From IMG/VR virus record IMGVR_UViG_3300048834_000122, positions 1 to 54,132 of that record: a DNA stretch of 54,132 nt. One strand, written 5' to 3'. Position 1 is the first letter of the stretch, and every line of letters starts with the position of its first letter. Both the position numbers and the translations under genes were made by a program. Below the pieces are notes generated by a model, which was given only the letters and a program-made list of their open reading frames with translations, searched no databases and was not told the origin of the DNA. Shown in pieces: positions 23,459 to 34,207 of this stretch. This stretch comes from a virus.

Positions 23459-26400
23459 ATGGCCACTGCCGCCACCATTGATGTCCTGTTGCGCGCGAAC
23501 ACCGCGCAGTACCGGGCGGCCATGATCGATGCTGGTCGCGTCGCGCAACAGAATCTAGGTGCCATCCAGAAGGAATCGGCGAAGACGGCTCAGTCGATCT
23601 CCGCGATGAACAAGGCTGCCGCTGGGTTCCTTGGATTCCAGGCTCTGAGTTCCGGTATCGGCGCGCTGATCGAAGCGCAGAAGTCGATTCAGGCGATTCA
23701 ATACGGATTGCAGAGCGCGACCGGATCAGCCGCAAGCGCTGAGAAGGCTTATTCGTTCGTTGCACAGACTGCTAAGGAGCTCGGCCTCAATCTTCAGGGC
23801 GCGGCGAAGGACTTTACCCGGCTCTCCGCTTCGGCTTCCGCCGCCAACATCCCGATGGCGGATCAGCAGAAATTGTTCACGCAGTTGGCACGCTCCGCGA
23901 CTGCGCTGCACCTGAATCAAAGCGAGGTTTCACGAGCGACGAATGCGCTCGCACAGTCTTTCAGCAAGGGCAAGTTTCAGGCGGAAGAGTTGCGCCAGCA
24001 GCTTTCCGAAGCGATCCCCGGCGCTTTTGCACGGTTCCAGAAAGCTGTGCTGGAATCGACGAAGGGCACGGATCTGGCCGGAAAGTCGTTCGACGATCTG
24101 CTGCAGGGCGGACTTCTCGACGTTCAGCGATTCCTGCCGGCGATGGTCAAGGCGCTGGAAGAAACCGGTCGTGGCGCGGAGTCGGCATCGAAGGGTCTCA
24201 CCGCCGAACTCAATCGCCTATCGAATGCTTGGTTTGACCTGAAGGTCGAGGCATCTGGCGGACTATTCAGCGACGTGGCGGCGACATCTGTTCGTCTGAT
24301 GACGAACAACCTCAACGATCTTGCCGGAGCGGCGACACTGGCCGGCGGCGTTCTAGCGGCTCGCGTGCTTGGGGCTGGCGTCGCTGCTGGCGCCGGTGCC
24401 TTCAAGACCGCGGTTATTGCGCCAGGACAGCAACGATTCGGTGATGCCGTCAGTGCCGCGATGACGGTGGATCTTGCGAAGGCGCGCGCGGCAGAGGCGT
24501 CCGAGGCGGTCAAGCAAGCTAAAGCAGCGCAAGCACTAAATGCCGAGTGGAAGACGCAAACAGGTCTCGCGGCGAATCTCGCACGTGATCAGATGGCGGT
24601 TGCATTTGCCAGCAACGAAGCAGCTCAGAAGACGCTTCTCCATCAGCAAAACACCGCGGCGCTGTCATCAAACATTCGGGCGCGGAAAGATGCCGAGGTC
24701 AATTCGGAGAAGGCTTCCCGCGCGCTGGCGAAAGCACAGGTCAACTACAACGCAGCGGTCGATTCTGGCAATGTCGCGAAGGCTCGTGAGATGCAGCTTC
24801 GGGGGCGAGTATTGGCGCTGCAGGAAGCGGAGATTATCGCTTCCAACCAGCTGGCGGCTGCGAAGGCACGCGAGGCTGCAGCAAGCCAAGCCGCTTCGCT
24901 TGGAGAAAGCCTGAAGCGCGGAGCGAGCGCAGTAGGAGCGGGAGCGCTCGCGCTTGTTGGCGGCCCTGTTGGCGCGACCATTCTGGCGATTGGTGGCCTA
25001 GCGCTCGCCTATGCATCGATGCAGCGGAAAGCAGAAGAAGCGCGAAAGGAGTTCGAGGCTCAGGTCGAGTCTCTCGACCTTCTGAGCGTCAGCCTGGAGG
25101 ACGTTGCAAACCAATACGACCGAGTTGGAAGCGGCGTTGGCGTGCGCGAGATCGCTACTGCGTGGAATGAGGCCGGCGTCAGCATTCGGAAAGCCGACGA
25201 GGAAATGAAGCGCTTGCAAGAGCGCATCGAATTCCTGCAGCGCGTCGGGAAAGGGTCGTGGCTTGGCGTCTCCGCCGATCAGGAAACATTAGAAGAGGCG
25301 CGAGCAAAGCTCGAAGCTCTGGGCGCGGAAATAGAGCCAGTGCGTGCTCAGTTCCTGCGACTCGAAAGCGATCTTCGGAAAGCGATTCGTCCGGAGTTGT
25401 TCGAGCAAATGCGGGCCGCTTCGCTTCGTGCCGACAACGTGACTTTCGAGAATCTCCGCGCACAACTCAACTCCGCTGAGCGCGCGGCATTCGGGGCTGC
25501 TGAAGCCATCAATAAGATCACGACCGCTGCCGGTGGCGCGGTATGGCAGCAGCAGATCGAACTGATCCGCAAGACGAGCGGCGAATACAAGGCGTGGTTG
25601 ACCGAGCAGGGCAAGGCGATCAAGGCCGCCGGCGGCGTGGCAGCGATGACCGAAGAGCAGCGCAAGGCATTCAACGGCCAAGCCGCTGCGATGAAGTATT
25701 TCATCGGCCTCAACGATCAGGCCGACAAGTCCCGCAAGGCTTCGACGGCTTCAACGCGCCAAGCGGTTGCGGCGGCAAAGCAGCAGGAAAACCAGTACCA
25801 GACCACCGTCGACAAGATCAATCGCCAGATCGCGCTCGACCGCGAATCGATGCTGCTCAACGACAAAATGACCGCGGCGGAGCGCCTGCGCGTCGTCGTC
25901 ACCAACGAACTGGAGTCGGCGAAGAACAAGCTCAGCGAGGCCGAGCAGGCACGGGTGAAGGTCTTGCTGGACGAGGCCGTCGCGCAGGGCAAGGCGAAGG
26001 CGGAGATGGACGAGGCGCGCAAGGCCGCCGAATCCATGATCGAACTGCAGAACCAGTTGAACGCGGCATATGCGTCGCGGCAGATGTCGAACGATGCCGA
26101 CCTCGCTGGAATGACGCGAGGCAGCGACCAGGTCGAGCAGATGCGCCGTCTGGTCGACCTGCAGCAGGAATACCAGCGTCAGGTCGAATCGCTCAACGAG
26201 CGTTACAGCAATCGCGAACAGTCCGCCGCGCAGGCAGCCGCCTACCAGAATGAGCTCGACCGCGTCCGCTCGCACCACGACGCAATGCTGGCGCAGGAAG
26301 AGGGCTACCAGCAGCAGCGCAACGAGATCATGGCCAACGGCTGGAATGGCGCGCTGGTGGCGATGGAGGATTACGTCGCCAACGCGAACAACGTCGCCGG

Positions 26401-27220
26401 CCAGATGCAGACGTTCTTCACCAACGCCTTCAGCGGCTTGGAGAACGTCATCTCCGACTTCATCTCGAAGGGCAAGGCGGACTGGAAGGGCTTCGTCGAT
26501 TCGCTGGCCGCCGAGTTTGTCCGCATGGCGGTGAAGCAGCAGTTGTCGAAGTTGCTGCAGAAGTTCTTGCCGGGCGTGTCGGAGAACGCATCCAACGCTG
26601 GTGCCATGCAAAGCGCGGCGTCTGCCCTCGCGGCATCGGCCACGCCTCTATACGGGGCCGCTGCCGCACTGCAAGCCGCTGCCGCTTCCTTGGCTGCCGC
26701 TGGTGTCGCGAACGGCGGAACCGCGCCAGCAGGTGGGTCAGGTGGAGGTGGGTGGGCCAACCTATTCACGTCAATCCTGAGTATGTGGGGAGGCGGTGGC
26801 GGCGGTGCGACAGCATCGAGCGCCAGCAGCACACCCGCATTCCTGTCCTGGATGCAGGGCGGCTACGCGGAAGGCGGCTTCACCGGCCGTGGCGGCAAGT
26901 ACCAGCCCGCCGGCATGGTCCACAAGGGCGAAGGCGTCCTGTCGCAGCCCGAGATCAATGCGCTCGGCGGCGAGTCCGGCTTCAACGCCCTGCGTCGCGC
27001 CATCCGCAGCGGCTACGCCAACGGCGGCATGGTCGGCGGCTCTGGTCGCGTGCGCCTCGGTCGCGGACCTGAAGACAGCGCCGGTCCAGGTGCAGGCCGC
27101 GGTCGCGCGATCACCGTCGAGCAGCACTTCCACAACCCCCGCATGTCGGACCGTCGCAGCGATTCCCAGCGCGCCGCAGATTCCGCCATGAAGCTCAGCG
27201 ACGCGACGAGGTTTGCATGA
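23459..27220 (+). CDS. Tape measure protein
   Basis: 1253 aa, Ala/Gln-rich and helical. Conserved C-terminal GGFTGRGGKYQPAGMVHKGEGVLSQPE motif. Position fits. Confidence 0.9.
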   Translation: MATAATIDVLLRANTAQYRAAMIDAGRVAQQNLGAIQKESAKTAQSISAMNKAAAGFLGFQALSSGIGALIEAQKSIQAIQYGLQSATGSAASAEKAYSFVAQTAKELGLNLQGAAKDFTRLSASASAANIPMADQQKLFTQLARSATALHLNQSEVSRATNALAQSFSKGKFQAEELRQQLSEAIPGAFARFQKAVLESTKGTDLAGKSFDDLLQGGLLDVQRFLPAMVKALEETGRGAESASKGLTAELNRLSNAWFDLKVEASGGLFSDVAATSVRLMTNNLNDLAGAATLAGGVLAARVLGAGVAAGAGAFKTAVIAPGQQRFGDAVSAAMTVDLAKARAAEASEAVKQAKAAQALNAEWKTQTGLAANLARDQMAVAFASNEAAQKTLLHQQNTAALSSNIRARKDAEVNSEKASRALAKAQVNYNAAVDSGNVAKAREMQLRGRVLALQEAEIIASNQLAAAKAREAAASQAASLGESLKRGASAVGAGALALVGGPVGATILAIGGLALAYASMQRKAEEARKEFEAQVESLDLLSVSLEDVANQYDRVGSGVGVREIATAWNEAGVSIRKADEEMKRLQERIEFLQRVGKGSWLGVSADQETLEEARAKLEALGAEIEPVRAQFLRLESDLRKAIRPELFEQMRAASLRADNVTFENLRAQLNSAERAAFGAAEAINKITTAAGGAVWQQQIELIRKTSGEYKAWLTEQGKAIKAAGGVAAMTEEQRKAFNGQAAAMKYFIGLNDQADKSRKASTASTRQAVAAAKQQENQYQTTVDKINRQIALDRESMLLNDKMTAAERLRVVVTNELESAKNKLSEAEQARVKVLLDEAVAQGKAKAEMDEARKAAESMIELQNQLNAAYASRQMSNDADLAGMTRGSDQVEQMRRLVDLQQEYQRQVESLNERYSNREQSAAQAAAYQNELDRVRSHHDAMLAQEEGYQQQRNEIMANGWNGALVAMEDYVANANNVAGQMQTFFTNAFSGLENVISDFISKGKADWKGFVDSLAAEFVRMAVKQQLSKLLQKFLPGVSENASNAGAMQSAASALAASATPLYGAAAALQAAAASLAAAGVANGGTAPAGGSGGGGWANLFTSILSMWGGGGGGATASSASSTPAFLSWMQGGYAEGGFTGRGGKYQPAGMVHKGEGVLSQPEINALGGESGFNALRRAIRSGYANGGMVGGSGRVRLGRGPEDSAGPGAGRGRAITVEQHFHNPRMSDRRSDSQRAADSAMKLSDATRFA

Positions 27221-27879
27221 GCTACATCCGCGCCTTCATCTCGACGTGCGAGGCCTTCGGCTGGACCGGCGGCCCCGGCTTCATGACCGACATCCAGCAG
27301 CTTCGCAGCGGGCGCGAATCCCGCAATGGCGACTGGATGCATGTCCAGCACTTCTACACGGTGCCGTTCCAGAACATCGTGCACAGCCTGTACGTGCCGA
27401 TCAAGCGAATGCACATGGCCTGCATGGGCCGGCTGCATTGCTTCCTGTACCGGGACCGTTCCGACTGGGAAGCGATCGACGAGGTCTTCGCCATTGCCGA
27501 ACCCGGGCAGACCATTTTCCAGCTGAGCAAGCTCAGCACGCAGGACGGGGTTTCGTACCAGCGCAACGTCTATGCCCTGTACGAGCCGGAAGAGAACGGC
27601 GACGCCACCGAAATCGAACCGGAGATCACTGCGGACAACGCGCCGGTCACGGTGCTGTCGGTCGATTACGACCGCGCGGAGATAGTCACTGCGCCGATGG
27701 CAGGCGGTGAAGTCATGCGCTGGACCGGATCCTTCGCAGTCTGGGTCCGCTTCGACAACGACCGACTGCCGTTCTCGATCGACAACAAGTCCGGCGGCGA
27801 GTTCGTGCTCAACGGCTCGATCGACCTGCTCGAAATGTTCCCACCGCTTCCAGAAACCAGCAGCTCCAGCAGCAGCTAA
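27217..27879 (+). CDS. Distal tail protein (RcGTA g12 / DUF2460-like)
   Basis: Position directly after the tape measure gene (ATGA overlap). Recalled family resemblance only. Confidence 0.55.
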   Translation: MSYIRAFISTCEAFGWTGGPGFMTDIQQLRSGRESRNGDWMHVQHFYTVPFQNIVHSLYVPIKRMHMACMGRLHCFLYRDRSDWEAIDEVFAIAEPGQTIFQLSKLSTQDGVSYQRNVYALYEPEENGDATEIEPEITADNAPVTVLSVDYDRAEIVTAPMAGGEVMRWTGSFAVWVRFDNDRLPFSIDNKSGGEFVLNGSIDLLEMFPPLPETSSSSSS

Positions 27880-27888
27880 GGACGAATC

Positions 27889-28767
27889 GTGCCCCGTTCC
27901 GTACCCGGCCAGGCCCATCTCGACACGGGCCAGACGAATCTCGCGTGGGCGCTGCGCATCCAGCCGCGCAGTGGTGACGCATTCGGCACCACAAACACAA
28001 ATGGCGACGCGCTGATCGACGATGGCCAGGGTGAGTTGCGATACATCGCCGCCTATGGCTACGACGAAACCGCAGTCGCATCGACCTCGGGGCAGGGCGT
28101 CGACAACAGCGAGGCGCAAATCCTGTTCGCGCCCATCGCCGAGTTTGGCATCACCGTCGAGATGGTCGATTCCGGCTATCTCGATGGCGCGAAGTTCCAC
28201 CAGTACGCCTACGACTACAAGACCAACGAGATCGTTGCGCTGGTGCATTACGGCTTCCTCGGCGAGGTCCGCTACTTCGACAAGAAGTTGGTCATCCCAG
28301 ACCTGGTATCGCTATCGCAGATGGCGAAGCAGAAGGGTTTGTGCGAGGCCGGCAGCAAGACGTGCCGCGCCATCGATGGCGATGCATCCACCGGCTGCCC
28401 GCGTGTGTTCGTCTGGACGATTGGCGCGACGGTTTCCGCGCAGGGCATCGAGTCGGATCGCGTCTTCGAGACCGCGGCGACCGTTCCGGTTCCGGCCATC
28501 ATCAAGTGGACTTCCGGCCAGAATGCTGGCCGCCACAGCGTCGTCGAATCCTTCGACATAGACGATGGTGTCGTCGGCCTGCGCCACCCGACGCCGTATC
28601 CCATTGGCACCGGCGACCTGTTCGACTTCCATGACCACTGCGACAAGAAGTGGGAGACGTGCAAGGTGCTTCTCGGCCCGCTGGCGGCTGGGCATTTTCG
28701 CGGCGAGCCGTTCCGCAAGGAATCGATCGGCGACGCGCTGCAGACTCCAGGCGCGACTACGCGATGA
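27889..28767 (+). CDS. Tail hub protein (RcGTA g13 / DUF2163-like)
   Basis: Position and size. C-terminal Cys cluster (HDHCDKKWETCK). Confidence 0.55.
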   Translation: MPRSVPGQAHLDTGQTNLAWALRIQPRSGDAFGTTNTNGDALIDDGQGELRYIAAYGYDETAVASTSGQGVDNSEAQILFAPIAEFGITVEMVDSGYLDGAKFHQYAYDYKTNEIVALVHYGFLGEVRYFDKKLVIPDLVSLSQMAKQKGLCEAGSKTCRAIDGDASTGCPRVFVWTIGATVSAQGIESDRVFETAATVPVPAIIKWTSGQNAGRHSVVESFDIDDGVVGLRHPTPYPIGTGDLFDFHDHCDKKWETCKVLLGPLAAGHFRGEPFRKESIGDALQTPGATTR

Positions 28768-29198
28768 CTTGGGACAGGTTTACCGACTCGGATGCTGCGA
28801 CCTTCGAGGCGGCACTGCGCGCGTGTCTCGGGATGAAGTGGCGGCACATGGGCCGTGCCGGATGCGGTTACGGGCACCAGACAGGGCTGGATTGTGTCGG
28901 GCTCGCCATCGTCGGCGCGCTGGCCATTGGCCGGCCCGTTGCTGATCTGGAGGCATACAGCAAGAGTCCGGACGGCCGACTCGAAGCGCGCATCACCGCG
29001 CACCTCGGCACACCTGCGCAAGGCATCGGCCCGCGTCGCCTCGTGCTGATGAAGATCGACGGCATCGTGCGCCACGTCGCCTACATCTCCGACGCCGGAA
29101 CGCTGATCCATTCGCGCCGCGGCACCGGTGGCGGCGTTGTTGAACACGTCATCGAAGCCGAACACCGCGCTTCGATTGTTCGGAGTTGGGTGCTGTGA
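28764..29198 (+). CDS. NlpC/P60-family cell-wall peptidase (tail-associated)
   Basis: TGLDCVGLAIVG (catalytic Cys context) and ...RHVAYIS...LIHS (His). ATGA overlap. Confidence 0.7.
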   Translation: MTWDRFTDSDAATFEAALRACLGMKWRHMGRAGCGYGHQTGLDCVGLAIVGALAIGRPVADLEAYSKSPDGRLEARITAHLGTPAQGIGPRRLVLMKIDGIVRHVAYISDAGTLIHSRRGTGGGVVEHVIEAEHRASIVRSWVL

Positions 29199-29359
29199 GC
29201 GGCCAGGACGTGGGCGCGCGCATCGGCGCGGTGATCGGGTTCTACACCGGCGGTCCCGCGCACACGCGATTCCCCGCGATGATCTCGCCAACGCATGGCG
29301 GTTTCTGTGATTCGGAAGTGGGCGAATTGCCGCTTCCGGATGAAGGGGAATCCGCTTGA
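29195..29359 (+). CDS. 54-aa ORF duplicating the N-terminus of the downstream host-specificity protein (probable recombination remnant)
   Basis: SGQDVGARIGAVIGFYTGGP versus SGRTIGTVSGAVIGFYVGGP. GTGA coupling to the peptidase gene. Codon bias decays after about codon 22. Confidence 0.4.
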   Translation: MSGQDVGARIGAVIGFYTGGPAHTRFPAMISPTHGGFCDSEVGELPLPDEGESA

Positions 29360-32300
29360 GCGGCCGGACTATCGGTACGGTCTCAGGAGCCGTAATCGGC
29401 TTCTACGTCGGCGGCCCACAAGGCGCGTACTACGGCGCAATGATCGGGGGCATGGCCGGAGGTCTGATCGACCCCGACACGCTGCAGGGTGCCGAGTACA
29501 GCGGTCGCAGCATCGCCGGCAGCGAGTCCGGCCTTGCCCGCGCGATCATCTGGGGCACGAAGGATGTCGAAGGCCGTCTGATGGACGGCGAGGACAAGCC
29601 TCGCATTGGCACGCGCACCGAGTCCGCCGGCAAGGGTGGCGCGGAGATCGAGCACGACACCGCGCTGCTGTCCTACGCCATCGAGATTTGCGAGTCGTCG
29701 CAACTGCGCGGCACGCTGGTTCAGGGCGTTCACGCGGTTTGGGAGGACGAGAAGCTCGTCTATGACGTGCGCGAAGGATCGCTGGTCTCTCCCGCCGACA
29801 ACGCGAAGTGGATCCGGAACAAGAAATTCTGGTTCGGCGAAGAAGGCCAACTGCCGAGCGCGATGCTGCAGTCGATTCACGGTGTCGGCAACGTTCCGGC
29901 TTATGTCGGCACCTGCCGAATGGATGTCGATTCCGAGGATCTTGTCCTGCATGGCGAACGGGTACCGAAGTATCGGTTCCTGGTCAGTCAGTGCGCCGTT
30001 GAGCCGCCGAACCATCTTCTGGTTACCGGTAGTTCTATCGATGAGGGAGGCCCATGCTTCACCACGGCGCGCGTCACCGAGCCGCTGGAGTTTGAAGGGA
30101 TCGAGCAGTCGACCGGCGCGGATATCCAAGGCGCGACCTGCGCCTATTGGCCATCGCCGCCGACATGGGTCGCCGTTGGCGATCACGTGGGGCGCATCTC
30201 CACGGACAACCGCAAGACGTGGCAGTCGATCGACGTGGATCGTGCGAGCAATGGCATCCTTGTTCCGGGGCCTGATGGTTGGATCATTGCAGCCGCCGCA
30301 GGCCCCGCTGGCCCGTATGATCTGACCGCGAAAGCAGATCCAATCGCGGACGGATTCAGTTCCTATGCCTTCACCGCGCCGCCAGATTTCACCCATGGCG
30401 AAGAGGCCTATAACTTCGGCCGCACCGGCGGCAAATACTGGGCCGACGTTGGCGCGATGGGGTACTGCGCGGAGGCTGAAGAACTCAACGGCACCATGCC
30501 GGTCATCTATGCGCGTGTTGGCTACCCGGACTGCTTTTCCGCATTCCATGACCGCTGCCAATTCGGAATTGGAGATACAGTTTATGCCGCCGGCATCTTC
30601 GGCGTTTTCTCGTACCGCGCACAGGTGCGCCGATCCGACGATGGCGGCGAAACGTATCCGCACGTCATCGTAGACGTGGCCACCGGCCCCTATTCCCCGC
30701 TGCAGTTGCAAGCGATGGTGCGTGAGGATGGAACAGGCGTACTGCTTTGCTATTGCCTTGGCGGCGCATATGTCTGGACGAGCGAGGATGGTTTCGCAGA
30801 GCCTCACGCGACCGGTATCGCCAGTGACATTTCCGGTGTAATTCCGATCTCTGCGACCCACGGGAAGGGCCGCCAGATCGTCGCGGTGAATGAACTTGAA
30901 ACGTTCTATCTGATCAGCGGCGCTAACGATGCCTTCCCGGATCTGGCCGACAAGTGCGTCACCACGAAAGATGGCATCACCTTTTCTGCGCCAGTTCCGC
31001 ATGGGGTAAAGGGTGCTATTGCGATTGCGGCGGCAGGTAAGTTTGTTCCGACCGGCGGCGGCATCCTGATCCCAGATGCGCCAGGCTTCGAGATCGATCC
31101 GGGCACTGGTCAGCCCATCGGCCCAGACGAAGACATCGCGCGGCCGTGCGGAACCTTCCTCGACATCATCGTCCGCGACGCTCATCGTCTCGGCGCTCCG
31201 CAGATCGAGGAATCCGAGTTTGAGTTGTCGGCGATTGAAGGCATTCCAGTTCTCGGTTACTCGGTGCAGGAACTTGGCATCACGGCGGCGGATGCAACTG
31301 AACCGCTGCGCCGCGTCTTCCTGTTCGACCTGGTCGAATACGACGCGAAGCTCCGTGCCCGCATGCGTGGCGGCCCCGTTAACTGGATCATCGATCCGGA
31401 CGAGTTCATCAAGGGCGAAGAAAACACGCTAGAGGGCAAGCGCGGGCAGGACGTGAAGTATCCGCGCGAGTTGCAGCTGGCCTACTCGTCGATCACGCTC
31501 GACTACAAGCCGACGACGCAGCGCGCAGAAGATCCGAATCCGGACATCTTCACTGTCTCCAAGGAGAGCTATCAGACCAATCTTGTGCTTGAAGATGATC
31601 CGGCAGCACAAAACGCCGATGTGATGCTCAAGGTCATGCGCACCGAGCGCGAGAAAGAGGAGAAGGGCAGCCTTCCGATCAAGTATCTCGGGATGGTGCC
31701 GTCGGACATCCTCATCATCGAAGATCGCCGCTACCGCATCGACCAGATGCGCGTCGAGCGCAACCGGATCGTGATCGAACGAGCGGTTTCGGATCGCCCT
31801 AGCGCTTACGTGAGCGATGTTGTTGGTGCCGAAGGGATTCGCCGGCCGCCGCCTGTTTCGAGCGTTCGCGGGCCTGTTGCTTCGGCGGTCATGAACATGC
31901 CGGTGCTGCGCGACGAGGATGACCGTGCCGGCATCTACTGGGCCGGCGCGGGCTACTTGCCTGGATACCGCGGCTCGCTCCTGCAGATGTCCCGCAACGG
32001 CGTCGACTTCGAGATCGGGCCGGAGTTGTTGAACTCTTCGACGATGGGCCTGCTCACTGCAGCACTGCCAACGGCGAGCCGCTACGTTCAGGACAACACG
32101 AACGTGCTGCGGGTGAAGATGTATCCAGGAGGCAAGGATCTGGACTCGGCCACGTTCGAGGCGCTGATGGGCGAGGCGAATGTCGCGGCTATTGTCTATC
32201 CCGATGGGACGACCGAGATCATCCAGTTCCAGACTGCGGTGGAAACCGCTGATCTTGAATACGAGTTGACCGGGCTGATGCGTGGTCGCCAGGACACGAC

Positions 32301-34200
32301 GCCGGGCGAGCATTTGGAAGGCGCGCAATTCGTGTTGCTCGACGAGGATGTGCGCTTCGTGGCGATCCGCCCGGACGATGTCGGCAAGACGTTGACTTTC
32401 CGCGCTGTTTCCCGCGGCACAAATCCCGAGGACAACGCGACACAGGCGGTCACCTTCACCACCATCGAATCGCTGCGCGAGTGGCAGCCGTACAACGTGG
32501 TGGTGACTCCGAATGGACTGGGCGGCTTTTGCGTGGAATGGATCGGCCGCGCCCGCCTGGGTTCCTCGCGCGCGCCGGCGCATTCGCAGTGGTTCGAGGG
32601 TTACCGGGTCACGTTCACTGTCGGCACCACGACATACCATGTGGACACCACGGCACAAGCCGTTTGCGTCTCTGCGGAGACCATGCTGGAAGCGTTCGGC
32701 GCTGGTCACGCCATCCCCGATATCACGGTGCGCGCACGCTCGCGCGTGGCGACGAACGACGACGACTTCGACAGCCCGCCCGGCAACCCGCCCAGCGAGC
32801 AGTACCCGAGCTATCCGGGCACGATCATCGGAGAGCCCGGCGACATGTACGAAGGCGAAGGCGTCCTTGACTACCTTGGCCCGAACAACAACCCGCCCTT
32901 CCAGGCATACGGCGGCAAGAAAGAGGAGTATTTCACCGGCTACATCGCGCGCAACGTGACCTGCCAGAACTCGTTTGCGCCCGCTTCCGGGCGCATGGTT
33001 GGCATTCCGCTGGCGGCAGGAACTGCGGATGCCGACACGACGTTGTGGGCGAGCGGCCCCGACGTGGTGGGCGGGCCTTTCACGATCACCGACAGCGTGA
33101 CTGTGCTGCCAATGCCGGCATTCGCGGTCATGGATGAACTGAACCCGTGGGGCGAAAAACCGCTGGTCACGCTGGTCACGTCAACCCCGCGCACGACCAA
33201 GCGCATCGGCTCCAGCGGGTTGGGCGGCTTGCGTTCCCGCGCGGGGTTCAGCACGGGCCAGCGACGTTGCGAGTTCACCATCGGCGACATGCCTGCGGGT
33301 GGCCGCATCGCCATCGGTGTGCTGGCCGCCGGCGCGAACGCGCACCTTGCGCCCGGCACGGGCGGCACCTTCGCGCACATCGTGACGGGCAACGGGACGT
33401 TCGCGGTCGAGGTGGATGCATCGACAGGTGACGTCGAAGTGTTCGAGCTTGGCGTGGGCCCGGTCGCGTCCGGGACGCTGCCGCTGACCTACGCCCACGA
33501 CGGCAAGTATCGGTTCGCATGGGTGGCCAACGATGCGACGCATTACGCCCACGGCGCGACCGTGCATACCAACCAGGGCGGCGAATCGTGGGCGATCACG
33601 GCTTCCGGTGGCTTCGGCGGCGTCCCCAACGAGGCGCATGTGATTCCTTGCGGCTGGGATGCCGCTGTCGGCGATGCAAACGGCTATTGGCCGCAAGGTG
33701 CGACGGGGACGTTGACGCTGGCCGCTGCTGGCGGGTTCAGTGGCACATCCGTCATCTATGCCTACTCTGAGTTCGCGAAGTCGACTGGCGACTGGCGTAT
33801 CGGCATGGGGTGTGCGACCAACGGGGTTGCGCGTATCGGCTTGTGCAAGGCCGGACACACAGGATTGCTGGGGCAGGGCGGCGACAGCTTCGGCATGTCC
33901 TACGACTTCACGGTGCCCGGATCGCCGCAACTGGTGTTCGATACCACGTGGGCAGGGCAAATCCGCATCCCGCATCCGTTCTACACGATGGATCGCAAGA
34001 TCATCTTCGTCTGCGATTTCGACGCGCACACCGTTGAAGTGTGGGGCAAACCGCAGTTCTCCGATTACACCCTGCTGGTCGTGTTGACCGGCTTGCCGAG
34101 CGGGTCGTGGGTGCCTGCTGGCAATCACGCTGTTGAGCTGATCAACGGCGCATCCGAAGCACCTGGCGCGACCGATTGGTCGGTGACCAAGACCCCTTAA
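29356..34200 (+). CDS. Host-specificity / central tail fibre protein (RcGTA g15-like) with internal BNR/Asp-box region
   Basis: 1614 aa with a Gly-rich N-terminus. Four Asp-box-like motifs (STDNRKTW, SDDGGETY, SEDGFAEP, TKDGITFS). The central part is J-like. TTG start preceded by GAAGGGGA. Confidence 0.8.
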   Translation: MSGRTIGTVSGAVIGFYVGGPQGAYYGAMIGGMAGGLIDPDTLQGAEYSGRSIAGSESGLARAIIWGTKDVEGRLMDGEDKPRIGTRTESAGKGGAEIEHDTALLSYAIEICESSQLRGTLVQGVHAVWEDEKLVYDVREGSLVSPADNAKWIRNKKFWFGEEGQLPSAMLQSIHGVGNVPAYVGTCRMDVDSEDLVLHGERVPKYRFLVSQCAVEPPNHLLVTGSSIDEGGPCFTTARVTEPLEFEGIEQSTGADIQGATCAYWPSPPTWVAVGDHVGRISTDNRKTWQSIDVDRASNGILVPGPDGWIIAAAAGPAGPYDLTAKADPIADGFSSYAFTAPPDFTHGEEAYNFGRTGGKYWADVGAMGYCAEAEELNGTMPVIYARVGYPDCFSAFHDRCQFGIGDTVYAAGIFGVFSYRAQVRRSDDGGETYPHVIVDVATGPYSPLQLQAMVREDGTGVLLCYCLGGAYVWTSEDGFAEPHATGIASDISGVIPISATHGKGRQIVAVNELETFYLISGANDAFPDLADKCVTTKDGITFSAPVPHGVKGAIAIAAAGKFVPTGGGILIPDAPGFEIDPGTGQPIGPDEDIARPCGTFLDIIVRDAHRLGAPQIEESEFELSAIEGIPVLGYSVQELGITAADATEPLRRVFLFDLVEYDAKLRARMRGGPVNWIIDPDEFIKGEENTLEGKRGQDVKYPRELQLAYSSITLDYKPTTQRAEDPNPDIFTVSKESYQTNLVLEDDPAAQNADVMLKVMRTEREKEEKGSLPIKYLGMVPSDILIIEDRRYRIDQMRVERNRIVIERAVSDRPSAYVSDVVGAEGIRRPPPVSSVRGPVASAVMNMPVLRDEDDRAGIYWAGAGYLPGYRGSLLQMSRNGVDFEIGPELLNSSTMGLLTAALPTASRYVQDNTNVLRVKMYPGGKDLDSATFEALMGEANVAAIVYPDGTTEIIQFQTAVETADLEYELTGLMRGRQDTTPGEHLEGAQFVLLDEDVRFVAIRPDDVGKTLTFRAVSRGTNPEDNATQAVTFTTIESLREWQPYNVVVTPNGLGGFCVEWIGRARLGSSRAPAHSQWFEGYRVTFTVGTTTYHVDTTAQAVCVSAETMLEAFGAGHAIPDITVRARSRVATNDDDFDSPPGNPPSEQYPSYPGTIIGEPGDMYEGEGVLDYLGPNNNPPFQAYGGKKEEYFTGYIARNVTCQNSFAPASGRMVGIPLAAGTADADTTLWASGPDVVGGPFTITDSVTVLPMPAFAVMDELNPWGEKPLVTLVTSTPRTTKRIGSSGLGGLRSRAGFSTGQRRCEFTIGDMPAGGRIAIGVLAAGANAHLAPGTGGTFAHIVTGNGTFAVEVDASTGDVEVFELGVGPVASGTLPLTYAHDGKYRFAWVANDATHYAHGATVHTNQGGESWAITASGGFGGVPNEAHVIPCGWDAAVGDANGYWPQGATGTLTLAAAGGFSGTSVIYAYSEFAKSTGDWRIGMGCATNGVARIGLCKAGHTGLLGQGGDSFGMSYDFTVPGSPQLVFDTTWAGQIRIPHPFYTMDRKIIFVCDFDAHTVEVWGKPQFSDYTLLVVLTGLPSGSWVPAGNHAVELINGASEAPGATDWSVTKTP

Positions 34201-34207
34201 AGGAACC

